Shown: piece by piece, positions 13,199 to 27,200 of the stretch
How the letters are laid out: each line of letters begins with the position of its first letter
How positions within the stretch are numbered: the first letter of the stretch is position 1
Source: Priapulus caudatus
Lineage: Eukaryota
NCBI RefSeq assembly: GCF_000485595.1
Contig: NW_014577062.1
Span: forward strand, 788,027 to 852,026
DNA length: 64,000 nucleotides
Direction of reading: 5' to 3'
The notes under the pieces: model-generated
Told to the model about the DNA's origin: nothing
The model's input: the letters and a program-made list of their open reading frames with translations, nothing else
The model's database searches: none
Position numbers and translations under genes: made by a program

Positions 13199-13363
13199 CG
13201 AGGTCAAACTCGCCCGTGATGTTCCAGCCGCCGACCTTGGCGATGAGGTCAAGGAGAGGCTGCGCACCCAGCAGCTCCATCGTGTCGTTCTTGTCGAGAC
13301 ACGACTTGTAGTACTTTTGCGCCTTCAGGGCGGAGACGGACGCGTTCGCCGGCAGTGGCTGCT
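13199..13363 (-). CDS. ECE-like exon, (E)QPLPANASVSALKAQKYYKSCLDKNDTMELLGAQPLLDLIAKVGGWNITGEFDL (165 nt, phase 1-1)
   Basis: ccctgcag acceptor and G|gtaagt donor. Contains the 'KA..YY.SC.......LG..PL..LI...GGW' M13 motif. Confidence 0.95.
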
Positions 13364-14153
13364 CTGCAGGGAGGTATTAAACACACAGACATGCACTAAC
13401 AGAACTTGAGAGAATTTGCCGCACGGCGGTTGTCATTGCCCTTTTAAGTTTAACTAGACATGGCGTCCTTAAGAGTTGGATGATATCCACGGTCCGGATG
13501 GCTTTCCAATGAATCTCATGTAATGTATGTATTCTTCTTTCGTAAATAGTGTTCTTAATGCCTTTGTGAATAAAAGGCTTGCCTGGGTGGCCTCCTGAAC
13601 ATGCGCTGGGTGCCCTAAAATGTCTGATTGAACATAAAGCAACACTTGCCTTAGCTTAAAAACTAATTAATAATTAACCCCTGCACTTGGTTGAGAGCTG
13701 TGCACACAGAGCTCTATAGTGTTCAATATCTCCAACAACACATGCGAGCGCCAACATAAGCACCACAATGGTTCTGACGACATTAACAAACAAGGGTTTG
13801 CGTCTCAAGCGTGTAAAGTTTTTTTCAAGCTAAGTGAATTTTGTGTAGATTCAATGTTTTCATTACTTTTCTGGTGGCTTCTACTGTTTGAACACTGCAA
13901 CGTTTATAATGAATGTTATTATTTTATAAAGCTAGTACTTCATAACATTAAAAAATTAGTGTCACAGATTTTTGATTAACTTTGATGAACAATTGTAAGT
14001 CATGCAAAGAGGCACGAATATAACTAAAAAAAGGTCATAAAGAAGTATTCCGTCGTTATTAAGCAGCTATGTAACGAAATTCCGACGGCCCTGCGACTAA
14101 CAGAGACGAATCACTGAAATCTAAACAAAGGTGTGAGCCAATACGTAATTTAC

Positions 14154-14360
14154 CCAGGACGTTCTTTAGCACGAGTTGGTTCTCCTGCCACAGAGTACCG
14201 AACGTGCCCCACATGCTCTTGCCCTCAGGTATAGGGTTCGCCTTGATCCATCCACCGCAGGCAAACTGGAAGAAGTCATTGCAGGGATTGATCGTCCAGT
14301 CCATGGCATTGATGATAGAGCTGGCGACTGTCACGCACGCGGGTGTCAGGCAGAACTGTG
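14154..14360 (-). CDS. ECE-like exon, (A)[68 protein letters not shown] (207 nt, phase 1-1)
   Basis: tttgcag acceptor and G|gtaaat donor. Hallmark M13 N-terminal 'C....C...A......D....PC.DF..ACG.W' motif. Confidence 0.97.
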
Positions 14361-14584
14361 CTGCAAAGCACAATTTACAGCATGAAATACAACTGGATTA
14401 TTCTTATTACCAGATGTACATGAGGACGGGGGACAGGAAGAGGAAGAAGGATGGCATGCCAGAGAGACAATTACGTATAACATCATAAGCATGTTAGCGT
14501 GCACCTTATGAGGCCAGATAATACCAGAAGTAGATCTACTTCTGATAATACTGCCGTCATAGAAATGCAACAATGGATAATATA

Positions 14585-15525
14585 TTCTCGCATACTAGGT
14601 ATGAGATATCCCCTGAGATAGCCACCGAGATAAATCCTCGGGATAACTTGCAGACCCCGAGATGGGTTTATCTCGCACTACTTTTTAATCCAATGATTTT
14701 CCTTAATTACAAGGTCAAAGGTCACCTTTACAGTTTTTGGCCAAGGAATACTCATAAAATTAATTAAGAAAAAATAATAAAAATATATATTTAAAAAAAT
14801 ATATATATAAAAAATAGAAATAACATAAATAAATAGAATAAAAATAAACGAAATTGGAAATTTTGCAAAATATTGAATTACTATTTGAACTGAAATGTTC
14901 TTTCTGCAATAAAAAGTAAAAATAAAAAAATAAATAAAAAATAAAAAATGAAAAAATATGCCAGAAAAAGGTTCTATCACAGTATNNNNNNNNNNNNNNN
15001 NNNNNNNNNNNNNNNNNNNNNNNNNNNNNNNNNNNNNNNNNNNNNNNNNNNNNNNNNNNNNNNNNNNNNNNNNNNNNNNNNNNNNNNNNNNNNNNNNNNN
15101 NNNNNNNNNNNNNNNNNNNNNNNNNNNNNNNNNNNNNNNNNNNNNNTCTCGCATACTAAGTATGAGATATCCCCTGAGATAGCCACCGAGATAAATCTTC
15201 GCGATAACTTGCAGACCCCGAGATGGGTTTATCTCGCACTACTTTTTAATCCAATGATTTTTCTTAATTACAAGGTCAAAGGTCACCTTTACAGTTTTTG
15301 GCCAATCAATACTCATAAAATTATTTAATAAAAAATAAAAAAATAATAAAAACATAAATAAAATAAAATAAAATAAAAATTATGTGCAAAATATTGAATT
15401 ACTATATTCCTTATTACCTCATTATAGATAACCACGTCTCATACTCGCTACGCTCGTATGAGATGGGATATCTATAACTCGGATGAGATATCCCATCTCA
15501 AGCTCATACTGTGAGTGTGATAGAA
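14585..15525. mobile_element. Non-autonomous element with ttctcgcatact...agtgtgatagaa-type ends; its 5' part is present twice across an N-gap
   Basis: 14586-14890 is repeated at 15147-15400. Internal hairpin tctcatactcgctacgctcgtatgaga. Superfamily not assigned. Confidence 0.45.
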
Positions 15526-15577
15526 CCTACTGTGATAGAATACTGTGTTAGAATACTGTGATAGAACCTGTGATAGA

Positions 15578-15628
<51 letters not shown>

Positions 15629-17110
15629 TATAATATATATCTATTATATGGCCTAGACGAATCTACTGTATTTCGAATGCCATGCCACCACTGTCAATCA
15701 GAACGTAGGGCGTTGAGCAATTACGGGAGAGATGGATGATAAATTACATTTTAATGTTGATAATGTAATTTATACCTGTGATTTCCACTTTTAATTAATT
15801 CTCGTAATTTTCATCTAACACCCGTGCGTACACACAGCAGCGAGAATATGACTTGTTGCTAACGGCGTGGCTGCGAATGAAAACACTGAAATATGGCAGC
15901 TATGTAAGAAAAGGAAATACCCAACTATATTGGAAAAAGAATTAAGGGTACCATGGCGACTGTGGCGCAGCTGCCGACGGCGGTTCCATTACGGCTGGAA
16001 ACATGCATTTCCATGCAAAGGGCACAGCAACCGATTACAGCAAAATCGATGCACAGGCTACTAGGTACTAGGTAGGTTATCGACATTTCATTATCATTAG
16101 GCAGCAGAACGATGAAGATTGAAGCATGCCGATTGAAGCCAATAAAAGCACTGAGCTCGCAAACAATTGTCACCTACGTGGGCCCCATCTCCCACCATCA
16201 ACACGATCGTCATAGCAACTATGGAGAATTATCTGCAATCTTGTGTCTAATTCGCCGACGTGCTCAGTAGGCTGTGGGGGCTTACATCCAGCAGTGAATA
16301 AATACAAGCAGTCTACAGAAGCAAATCTATCGCTGTAAGACGCACTACATATATAACCCGAGCTGCCAAGCGCACGCGTCGACGTAAAGCGCAATGCTCG
16401 AGCAAGCGTTTTGTTAATGGCTTGTCAAATAACCACGCGGCAAAGCATCAGAAACGCTGGCCATTAGTCAAGTCGCACGTTAAAGTTGCCGAGACTTGAT
16501 TATCAATCTCGATAGGTGCGGAACCGGCACAGTCTTCGCAGAAAAATTAATCATTTAACAAATTAGGATTGAATAAAAATAACAATTACATTTTTTTTAT
16601 ACACTCTTGAAGCAGTGTAGACGTAGATAAGTATTTTAATCCCTACAACTACCTTTCCACTGCTACTACTACTAAGTACTACCTAAACGTTGCAACTACT
16701 AATACTTTTATGTGGTTTCCTTATCGTGTAGATTTAATCTTTTCAACTATTTAATTTGCAGTGTCGCATGGCTGCTCGTGTATTAATTACGCCCGAGCAA
16801 GAATGATTTTGCTGGATATCGTCCAACGTCAACCGACACTCGTCTCATTAACTATATATACTACTGCCACATAAATGTTTTAGTGCTCCCCTCCCCGATT
16901 TAGGGTGCGATAAAATGCGGGTATTAAACAGTTGCTTCTCACTCATCACCTCACACGCCGGCAGCTAACTTTCACTATAAATCAGAAATGCGCACCGCTT
17001 TAGCGTTTTCACAGTCGTTACTTTAAGCGCATTGTAAATTCATCTAAACTAGTCAGACACGACATTTAAAACATATCGGCGTTGGCTGTATTAATTTGCG
17101 CCGTAAATCA

Positions 17111-17157
<47 letters not shown>

Positions 17158-17556
17158 ATACTATCACAGAGTGAGTTAGTTAGCCGGCACGTCGTTACCT
17201 GCTGACGTTAAATTAAATATCAGCAAGCAAGACGTTTCCTACGAGTTACTCGTCTCAGCTCTTTTATTGGTTATGTGCATGTAGGGGCGCGATGTAAGTA
17301 TTGTACTGGGAAAGGGGTTCAGACTTCGGGTTCTCGTGGTTCGACAGCGTAGAAGGTAGCAGCGTTGATAGCGTATAGATAACCTGTAGAGAGTATAGAC
17401 GTAGTCGCAGATTCTTGTTTCACTTGGACTTTATTAGAAAACTCGAACACATACAAAATATATACATATAGTGATATACGTACGGCAACCTAACTAGGTC
17501 CCGTCATTTCTGTTTCCGTCGCTACATCTTGAATGACTCGCGTAACTCGGTTCCTA

Positions 17557-17964
17557 ACTCTGTAACAAGCTCGTCAACGGCATGGTCAACGTGGATACCA
17601 ACAACCGTCTGATACCACCTACTCGAAGCACCAGGAACATGTCAGAGCACTCTTTTCAAATCCCATCCTGCAGATGTGACTACAGGAAAGGCTCCTTCTT
17701 TCCCAGGTCTATTACAGAGTGGAACGCCTTAAATTACCCACTGAAGTGGTGACAGCCGAAAATCTATGTTCCTTTAAGTCTCTGATTATACTGCCTAAAC
17801 GACATCAGGGCAGTTTTTTAAGTAAAATTTGATTTTTTTGGTTTTTTTTTCTTTAGAAAATCAAGGGAAGGGAAATTTTATTTTAGTCTCAACTAGCGCC
17901 TCCCGTTGGCATAATCATCAGTATGTTGAAGGTGGCCAATATAGCGTAGAAGTAGAAAGTAGAA
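17557..17964 (+). mobile_element. 5'-truncated CR1/L2-group LINE 3' end
   Basis: Translates to ...FQIPSCRCDYRKGSFFPRSITEWNAL/PTEVVTAENLCSFKS, the typical 'SFFPR.I.EWN.LP..VV' C-terminus. (AGAAGT)n tail. 15-bp TSD gtaactcggttccta at 17542-17556 and 17965-17979. Confidence 0.85.
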
Positions 17965-19298
17965 GTAACTCGGTTCCTATCTTCCGTCTCCCCGAGCGTC
18001 TATTTAATTACAAGCTTCTTAAAAGCGCCCGGACGCCCCACAATCCACCCCCAGTTTCCCCCCGCAGCTTCTACTATTAGTGACATATATTAACGCACAA
18101 TTGTCTGTAATCATTAGGGTGCGCGGTAGGGCTACGTATATATATATATATATACGAGCATACGTCCCATGTTATTACCAAAACAACAATAACTAGCCAG
18201 GGTTAGAAGTATAGACGCAATCCCTAATTAGCCGCAGTCCTACAATACAACATAAGCACACGCCCCACCCCTACCCTATAGATCTGCAGAGTGGATTATC
18301 AGTATGCAGACATGAAGCTACGTCAGAGATTCCGAAATGTAAATGAATGCATTTTACTTTCCGTACGTTAAGCAGTGTCAACAATCTTGGGTTCCTTCCG
18401 TGGCTACATCTTGTGGTGATGATTCATTGCTAATAAGGAGATAGATATTGTATTCTCTAGAAGAGATCGGTGTCGGGGGGTGTACTTTGCCCGGAAATGA
18501 TTTAGAGCCTCAGAGATTGCTGCAGAACCGATATATATGCGAAGAACGTCGTCTGCGTATTTAAAATATGTACTGCCGTATATATGCTGGCCAATATTTA
18601 CTTACGTCTCATCACTAGCGTTTACTCACTGCGCGAATCGACACGTGTCTCTGCATTCGGACGTTCTCGTGAGCAATATAATATATTGCATATTATCAGA
18701 AGTAGATAATAGGGAATTATTATTATTATTAGAGAATAGGAAATATTCCCTATTATCTACTTCTGATATTATGCTACTCGGACAATATTACACACATACG
18801 CATATACGCCTTTTCACGTAATTTTGCTTTACAAACTGTCGATGACAAACGCCAGTATCGATGTTAGTATGATACAAAGGCCTGCTTACAGAGCTTACAG
18901 CAACGATCTCACGCGCAGCTCATTGACTGCGAAATCGTAAACTCGGATGCGTCAGACTGTCCATCAGCATGCCGCGGCGCACTCATTTTCGCATTAGCTG
19001 CACAAAAACGAACTAAATATTCACCCCGTTCCTTTTAAAATCGCATAGTTCGGAATTCAATTAATTCACTTCGTTACTTCCATTCACGTCAGCTATAAAT
19101 CCCGCCAAAGCTAAGCGCTGGCCTCGCAGCTAGACCAACCAGCAGCCCGGGTGAATGCACGCACATACTGAGCGATATATATTTATACTCACACTCACGA
19201 TTCACAGAAGTCGATACATGATTATGTATTTCTCAGTTTCGACACGCTCGTTTTTCAGTATTGTCATTGAGTTAAAATATCTGTCAAAATGCCCAAAA

Positions 19299-19592
19299 AT
19301 GCAGCAGAAAGGGTTGATCGACTGTGGTCTCACGAGGACAACGTCGCTCTTCTCGAGATTTGGAAATCGGATTTTATACAGGAACCTCGAGAAATAATCT
19401 AGCCTACCAAAAAATTGTTGAAAAACTGGCTGACCGGAGGATAGTTAAAACTGTACAAGTTAATAATCGGCTCAAACAGTTAAGAAATACTTATAAGAAG
19501 GTGGTAGACATCAACAACAAATCGGGAAGGGCACGAACAACGTGCGCGCAGTTATTTCATGGAATTGGACGAAGTGTTAGGAAGGCGTCCTA
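19299..19592 (+). pseudogene. Frameshifted Myb/SANT-like trihelix ORF relic, typical of PIF/Harbinger transposons
   Basis: Three frames give WSHEDNVALLEIWKSD / RNNLAYQKIVEKLADRRIVKTVQVNNRLKQLRNTYKKVVDINNKSGRARTTC / FMELDEVLGRRP. A Harbinger-like end '...gtatgaacgcggct|tta' is at ~19753. Confidence 0.75.
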
Positions 19593-19769
19593 GAACTGAT
19601 CGATCAAACCATAGATATATACAACATATGTTGTATATATCTATGATCAAACGTCGTGTGAACGCTCTCTTCAAAATCGACCTGTCGTTTTTGATCCGGG
19701 TCAGTCTCGGACCGTTTTCGACCCGGGACAAATGGCTCCGTATGAACGCGGCTTTAGTCTGCGTGGCGT

Positions 19770-19843
19770 TAGCTCTATCGGTGCAGCCCCTTCGCTCCTG
19801 TCCCTCATGTAGCGGGAGCGAAAGGGCTACACCGGTAGAGCTA
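19770..19843. mobile_element. Short TAG...CTA-ended hairpin element (Academ-like ends); relatives at 23330-23406 and 27000-27052
   Basis: tagctctatcggtgcagccccttcgctcc ... ggagcgaaagggctacaccggtagagcta. The copies share tagctcta...gcccttcg arms. Confidence 0.55.
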
Positions 19844-22077
19844 GAGTGCCGTCAGCTGTGACAATACTTTGTAATACTGTGATAAGTTTTGGTTGGTATT
19901 GGCAGATGGTACCACCACCTAACAAGCCGAATTTTTATTTATTTAGAGATGGATACTTTACTATTAAAACTTAGATAAAATAAATAAATAAATATAAATA
20001 TATATATATATTTATAAAAAGAGAGAGTCTCGTTTCAATTATGTGCGACATTAACGAGTTCATGGCAATCACTTCTCATCCCCTTGACCAGTCGTGGAGT
20101 TACAGTCGTGTAATGCTTTTTCCAGTTGAGCACTGGGGATTGCCACATTTTCACTGATTTCCCACGGTAGGCCAATTGTCGCGTACCATCAAATGAAATT
20201 AGCAAAGAGGAGAGTGTAGTTCAACAAATTCGTCACGTATTCCGGGCTCATGTATACACGTTTAGACGCGTCGGGTTCAGGACAGTGTAAACGACCGTGT
20301 AGTAAACACGCTCTCGCGCTGATCCATAGCCACCATTCAAACATATATTGTAATACGTGATTGGTCGGTTGTGTTCGGCATGCCTTCCTGCCTACCAGAT
20401 GTTCTTGTCACGGGTTGAAAGTCTGTGAGGGCAGAGCGTACTCGGTAAGAATGAAGCGCCACAGGCTTGCAAGTATGTATTTCCCCATACAAGCAATCAC
20501 ATAATAATGCATGCCATGCAGCTGCAAAGCTGCCGTCTTTGATCGGCACACGCTGAGCTCGTTCTTGTCCGTACACAGATCGTCGCATATTCAATTTTAA
20601 GGAAATTGTCTTTTGTATTGATGAACGCTCGTGATCAGGCTCAGATAAAACCAGTTTCTAAACCACGTTTCCATATATATATATATATTTATTCTAGATC
20701 TATCTATCTATCTATCTGACCGCCCCGCCCGCGCCGCTCGCCCGTTCCCGTCCGTCCCTGTCTGTCTGTCTATCACTCTCTCTCTCTCTCTCTCTCTCTC
20801 CTCTCTCTCCTTCTATATATATAATATATATATATAAATAAATAAAATATATATATATTATATAATTATATAATAATACTATATATATGATGATATATAT
20901 ATATAAAGAGGTACAGTCGTATGGATATAAAACCAACAAAATGTAATAGAACGAGCAAACCGAACGAACAACGCAAAAATCTAAACAAAGGTAGAAGTTC
21001 ACTGAAATACACCACCCAGAATGTACCTCAGAAATTGTAGATAAACTTATCTAAATAAATGTTTGTTTGATCACGCGTTTTTTGAGCAACACACATTCGA
21101 TTATAACTATTATCAGACTTTAGTTTGACTCCATAAAAACACAAATTCGAGCGCGATACAGTTGATGATTCACAAGTAAATTCTGGTTAGTAAATGTTGA
21201 ATATTTTGCGCTTTTATTGATACTCATCCTACTTTTTACAATTTTCGACTGACATTATAGGTGCTGATTAGTGATTCCCAACTAAAGGTTGCCATAACGA
21301 GTTGACCGTAATAACACGAAGCTATTCTACGTGGTCAGGCGAGGTCAATGGACGCATGGCTCTCCATAAAAGCTCTCCATAAAAGCCGACGACTCGCTCA
21401 TTGATTTTACTGCTGTTAACGTTTATCACTTCTGACCAGTTCATGCAACATTCAACCGTGGTTCTACGGAGTAATGAATCACTTAACTCAAACTAATAGT
21501 GAAAGCTGGCATATTTGAGCCCTTTATGATTTAATAAGTGAACATAAAAAGCAATAATGAGAAGCAGCCGAAGTTAAACATCTTGAAAGGACGTAGCTTA
21601 CTTGAACAGCAAAGAGTCAAACCAGGCAATACCATCACAAAGTAACACGTGATTTTAAAAATCACGTTTTTAGCTATTTTTCATCGAAAAAATAAGTACG
21701 CCACGTAAATAAATCCCAATAATAATAATGAAAACTATACGGAAAGCCAACAATATTCATGTACTAAATCTTGTGTAATGAATAGCGGAATCTGCGGTAC
21801 ATGGCGGGACACGGAAATTATATGTGGGAGGGGAATAGATCTTTTATCGTTTTATCGTTTAGAAGAATGTCACATCACGTAAATGCCATAAAGAAGCCAG
21901 TGCCATCTAGTCCAGGCAGTGCCCTAGCTTCGTAGGACTGACTGAACAGTGAACCTTTCAGCTAATGGATGGCAGGCGCAGGGTGGCAAAACCGAATGGG
22001 GTCATGCTAATTGGGTAATGAACTTGCACCCAACGAAGAAAACAGCATGCACGTTTAAATGACAACATGCCGATCCG

Positions 22078-22245
22078 CATCATCATCATCATCATCAGTA
22101 GCAGCAGCAGCAGCAGCATCATTTTCATCATCATCGTCATCATCATCATTATCATCATCATCAACACCGTCGTTGTCGGCGTCTTTGTCACCATCATCAT
22201 CATCATCATCATCATCGTCATCGTCATCATCACCTTTATCATCAC
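22078..22245. repeat. (CAT)n/(CAG)n microsatellite
   Basis: Direct reading. Confidence 0.9.
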
Positions 22246-22338
22246 CACTGTGATTCCTAGAACTAAATAATAGAACTCTACAGAAAATTTATACATGGGG
22301 AGTGATCTTAAGAACATAATATGTAGTATTAATAGTTA

Positions 22339-22632
22339 GGCCGTGGCTACGCGTCTGGTTACCGGACGCCCAGCTCCCAGGCTACGCGGCCGGTCATACA
22401 TTTCTTATGTGAACCCAACTATATTTTTTTCAGTAAAAAACAATAAACAATATGTTTTTATCATAATATTACTTACCTTTAGGTATTTTATCAAAAAAAT
22501 GTGTTTTTGTAACTTTTGAAACAATAGTAAATCCAGTACAATCAACGATTTGAAAGGAGGCGTGGCCTAATTGTGACATTTGGGAATCTGTGCTGAGCTT
22601 TGTAATGGATGACCGGACGCGTAGCCACTGTG
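22339..22632. mobile_element. MITE with 9-bp TSD (Mutator/Merlin-like)
   Basis: TIR core gtggctacgcgtc(t/c)ggt at both ends. TSD taatagtta at 22330-22338 and 22633-22641. Confidence 0.75.
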
Positions 22633-23442
22633 TAATAGTTAAGACGTAAAATTAAACCCACTTGATGAATTAATTAACTGTTTCATACAAGCAGGAATAT
22701 GCAAGTCATGTGTCGACAACACATCACGCTGGATAAGCACACAGTAACTAACATGACGCGTGGCTCTTGCACATCAACGTACAAAATAAAGAACATAGGA
22801 GAAATCAATGGCAAAAGAAATATACAGCAAACGATGTTCATGATCAGCTGTCACCTGGGTTCGAAATGAAGAGAAATGATGCTCAACACCGTCACTTCCC
22901 CCCCCCACCTCCCCTCCGCGTATTTAACAGACGTGATTTAGGCTGGTATGCACGGATAGATGCGGGGGGACGTCTCCAGGCTTATATCCAGGTATATGTG
23001 GACACGCACACACGCACACACACGCACGCACGCACACATGGATATAGATCTACATCAGTTTCTTATACAGCACACACAGCTGTTACAGTGCCGTGTTTGC
23101 CGACAGTCTATATTCCACAGACATAATAATATGTCTATTGCGTGTACAAACGCTTGCTCTACAAACAGTTGCTCTAGTCCCTTTCAACTGTCGTTGCACT
23201 ATTTTCGAACGTTAGCGCTGAGATCCTGTAGTTGACAATATAGAGCAACGTCAGCACATGACAAACACGAGCGGATAGTTTGCAACCCCGCAAATGTGTT
23301 TTCGCATATATGTGCTAAATCCGGGATCCTAACTCTAGAACGACATAGCCCTTCGCTCCTCTGCCACATGCCTGTAGCAGAACGAAGGGCTATAGTTCTC
23401 GAGCTAGGGCGCACCTGGGCTGGGGGCGGGCGGAATGCTTAC

Positions 23443-23782
23443 CTGGCTGGGAATGGCCGGGTTTCTCCGTGGTGAGGGGCGCGCGGTCGGTCGTCAACGG
23501 ATGCGTGCCCGCGTAGCCGATGCTGATCTCTAACGGCGGCCGCCCCGCTCTCGCCTTCTGCTTCGAGACGACGCACGACAGTATGACGATGACGACGCAA
23601 CAGACGGCGAGAGCGACAAGGGCCGCCTTCTCGATGGCCGTGCGGCGGCGCCACAAGCTCGCAGCGCTGTACTTCCGGTAGGTGACGCCCGGCTCGTAGG
23701 TGCGCGCCGTGTCGCCGTTCGCTTCTCCATCGCCATCCTCGTCCTCAAACTCCGTGCGCCGGTACTTGCTTGTTGCTGACAT
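23443..23782 (-). CDS. ECE-like exon encoding cytoplasmic tail, type II transmembrane helix and stalk: MSATSKYRRTEFEDED...AALVALAVCCVVIVILSCVV...GHSQP(G) (340 nt, phase 0-1)
   Basis: gctgcag acceptor is followed directly by ATG; CAG|gtaagc donor. 'MS..KY.R..F.DED' resembles the ECE1 'MSTYKRATLDEED' tail. Has a hydrophobic TM segment, and the phase matches the 14154-14360 exon. Confidence 0.9.
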
Positions 23783-24239
23783 CTGCAGCAGGCGAACACG
23801 CGACAGTTAGTCGCGAGTTGCTATAGTAACGGCACGCGGCTGACCCCGTCTGTCGTTCAGGGCATGTTAATAGGACCGCATACATTGCACGCACATTAAA
23901 TCAAGAGAGTATAAAGAAGGCTTCTTTATACGCTCTTGATGAAATGCATATACACATGTATTACCAGTGCTGAATATAAGATATTACATACCGAAGATGA
24001 AAATATCTCTTAGCACGATATACAGAACGCGGGGCTGCAAATCGTGTGTCGTGTGTGTGTGTGTGTGTGTGTGTGTGATGTGTGTGTGTGTGTGTCGGTG
24101 TGTGTGTGTGTGTGCGTTGTATGTGTGTGTATGTCGTGCGTGCCGTACGTAGCGTGCGTACGTGCGAATGCGTGCGTCGTCGCGTCTGTGTGTGGCTAAA
24201 TTCAGAAAACAAAAGAAATTAGGGGGAAATGATAGCGTC

Positions 24240-27200
24240 GGTTGGATTCATGTAATGTGCGACAACTGGGTTAATGTTAAATGCATAGTGGGCAAGGAGA
24301 GCGAATCTTGAGGAAATTGACCTTAGACATTCCTAACACCCCCCGCTGTCGACCATCGTTCCACTGTTGCGCAACGCTCTGCCTTGATCACATGCTACAT
24401 TACCTAACCAGCTCATTGTTGACACACGGCCAGCACCGATTCCCGGCATCACGCAATTAAACCCATCGTGAATAAATAACGCGGTTGGGTACGCCATTTT
24501 TATACGCGTTGGGCAGAAGCAGTAGCCAGCCACTTTATAGTAATGGTATAGGCCAAATCGAAAAATGTGCACACCTATTGTCACTGTGTTAGCACGGCAT
24601 AGAAAATATAGAGACACTATGTAGCAGCAGACTTTATATGCCCCTTGACTATATCTCCCGTATAATTATTTTTATCGGTTAGCACCCAAAGGGCGCCGGG
24701 TAGGATGTGACTACAGCTGTCTCAATAAACAGGCCGGTGGCATAGATGCGGTACTTGGCAGAAACTAAACACATGATCGTAACACATCTTCTACTGGAGG
24801 AGCAGCAGAACGCGTAACGTAAAAAAAACAGTAACACCGTAAAAAACAGTAAAAACGTAAAGCATGTGTAGGCAGAGTGTTTCTATCGGGTAGCCTCCAA
24901 CTCTGCATCCTACACCCTCCCCTTCTTCTTGCTAAGACATTCGCTGGAGTCAGGTTAAGGCAGGGAGCACACGATGACCGGCTATATGGGGCGACTGGCT
25001 GGTAGTAAATTGCGCCTAGGTTTAATGTCTCAATTCATAGCCGTGGCCGCGCCATAGTTGAGCTGATCAGCCGCTGTACTCTGGCTGATTACGTCACTGA
25101 AGGCACGCACATCTATGCACCTTCTTTATCGCTCATTAGAGTTACAAGAGGCAATAATACTTATTAGTATATTCAGCTATTGATATATTAAGGAGTTAAT
25201 GATAGAGTCTCTATTATTCAACTGCTGCATATATCAAGCGGTATCGTGGTTAAAGCTCTGTTATCTAATTTCGTCTAAAGAAAGAAGACGTCGACCCACC
25301 TGAGTCTGAATCCTATCTGCTTTCAAACAGTGTCAACAACGAGAAAAATGCACGCACGCTAGTTTTTTTGCCTCGGCGACTGAGCAGCGTCTCTCACTGC
25401 TCATAAATTTAGCTGCCAGAAAAAAAATCGAAAAAAAGCCCCCCCCTTGGGGGCCGCGTTTGGCGCACATGACAAAATTACGTAGACAGATTAATTACAC
25501 TTAATTATCCGAAGGAGCACCATACTCGGCTCGTTAGCTGCTCTAAAGTGTGTGTATTAACGTGGGCCGCAAATAATGAAATGTAATATTCACTCATCCA
25601 CGAGCACGTCCTCTTTAAATTCGGCGCTAAATCTTATCTCTATTCTGTTTTTCACTGTAGCCGCGCATGCAAGTCTGTATGTATTGTAAGGTGCCGACAT
25701 CCAGTGTGAACGTGTGGCGCGGAAAGTGAGTGGTTCGCACCCTACTATTCAGGAGTAGATAATTTAGGCGAACATTTACATGGCAAGGTCCTTCCTCCTA
25801 TAATATGTCCACGCGTTTCAAATGTAGCATATCGCACCGTCTACCCATATGTGTCAAGATATACATCAGAGTGATAATAGAAATAGTAATAATTATTTAT
25901 TATTATTCACTCCTGATAACATTATAACAGATACTACGTTAGCACTGGTATGAGCGCGTTCATCGCCCACGCGAACTCGCAGGGTGGGGAGGGAAAGCTG
26001 CCAATCTATTTCACCAGTGAAACGAAATTGCTGAGCGTGTAAAGTTTCAGCCGACATTGCTCCTGTTAACAGCAAGCCAGCCACCCACGTGAAATCTGCA
26101 GAATTAATGCAAGTTGAGACGGCACAGGACATGCGAACGTCAACGATGGTCGTCCATCCATCACAGAGCATTGTAAATCTACATAAAATACTGAGTTGTA
26201 ACTTAATTAGCTGAAGAACGGAGAAAAATTTTGCCGCTGGAACGCAAAAGAAATTTTGCAGTGCCATTGGTGGCATTAACGGCCAATGCTCGCGAATAAT
26301 TTTTGTCTTTAAAATACAAAGTCGTAAAGCTAGTTTTTGTAATAATAAATACATCGAGACAATAGTACGACATTAACAGGGGTAAAGACATTTTGTTTTT
26401 CACCTCTGATATTAACTTATTATCTTACACCTTATCGAGTGTATGTATACACAGGTACACAGTGCGTGCGTACATGAATATAGATAATTAAAGCAATCCC
26501 TTGAAACGGCATGGATGTCACTTCAAGTGCTAGACTGTCGGAGTGACCATGATCCGTCATGTGGATGTAAGGGATTATATTTACACGGTGTAGATGAATT
26601 ATAGAGGCATCTCTCTGGTCTACATAATCGGATAGTAGATCAAAACGACCCGGATAAGAATCCTCACAAGTGCTTTGGTACATAACCTGTCATGCCACAT
26701 TCGGCAGATTCCCACCACCAGGTACGCAATCTAATCGCATCAATGAATGAATCGCATCTGACATGAATGATTTACGCATACACATAGCATTATCAGATAA
26801 TAGGGGCTATCGTATTTTCTACTCTTGACATATAGCCATGTGTCTGAAGTTTGACTAGGTTGGCACTGCATGCTACACTGGTCATGCAGGGGGCGTATAC
26901 AACCACACATTCTGTAGCAGAACATCCTCTGCACAAATTTAAATAACTCATCACGATGAGATTGTCAATGGGCAATATGTGGACGAACGACGACTAGCCT
27001 AGCTCTACAACTATATCTCTTCGCTAACGAAGGGCTATAGTTCTAGAGCTTATACTGGCCATACACCACGACAAGTATACCCAGTTGATATACTTTTGCA
27101 AATATTCAAGTTTTCTGTAAATAAAATGTGCAGCGCCAGCGAAACAAACAACAACTTCGACACCAGGCACGTCGTTTGATACACGGCCTACAATTGCTAC

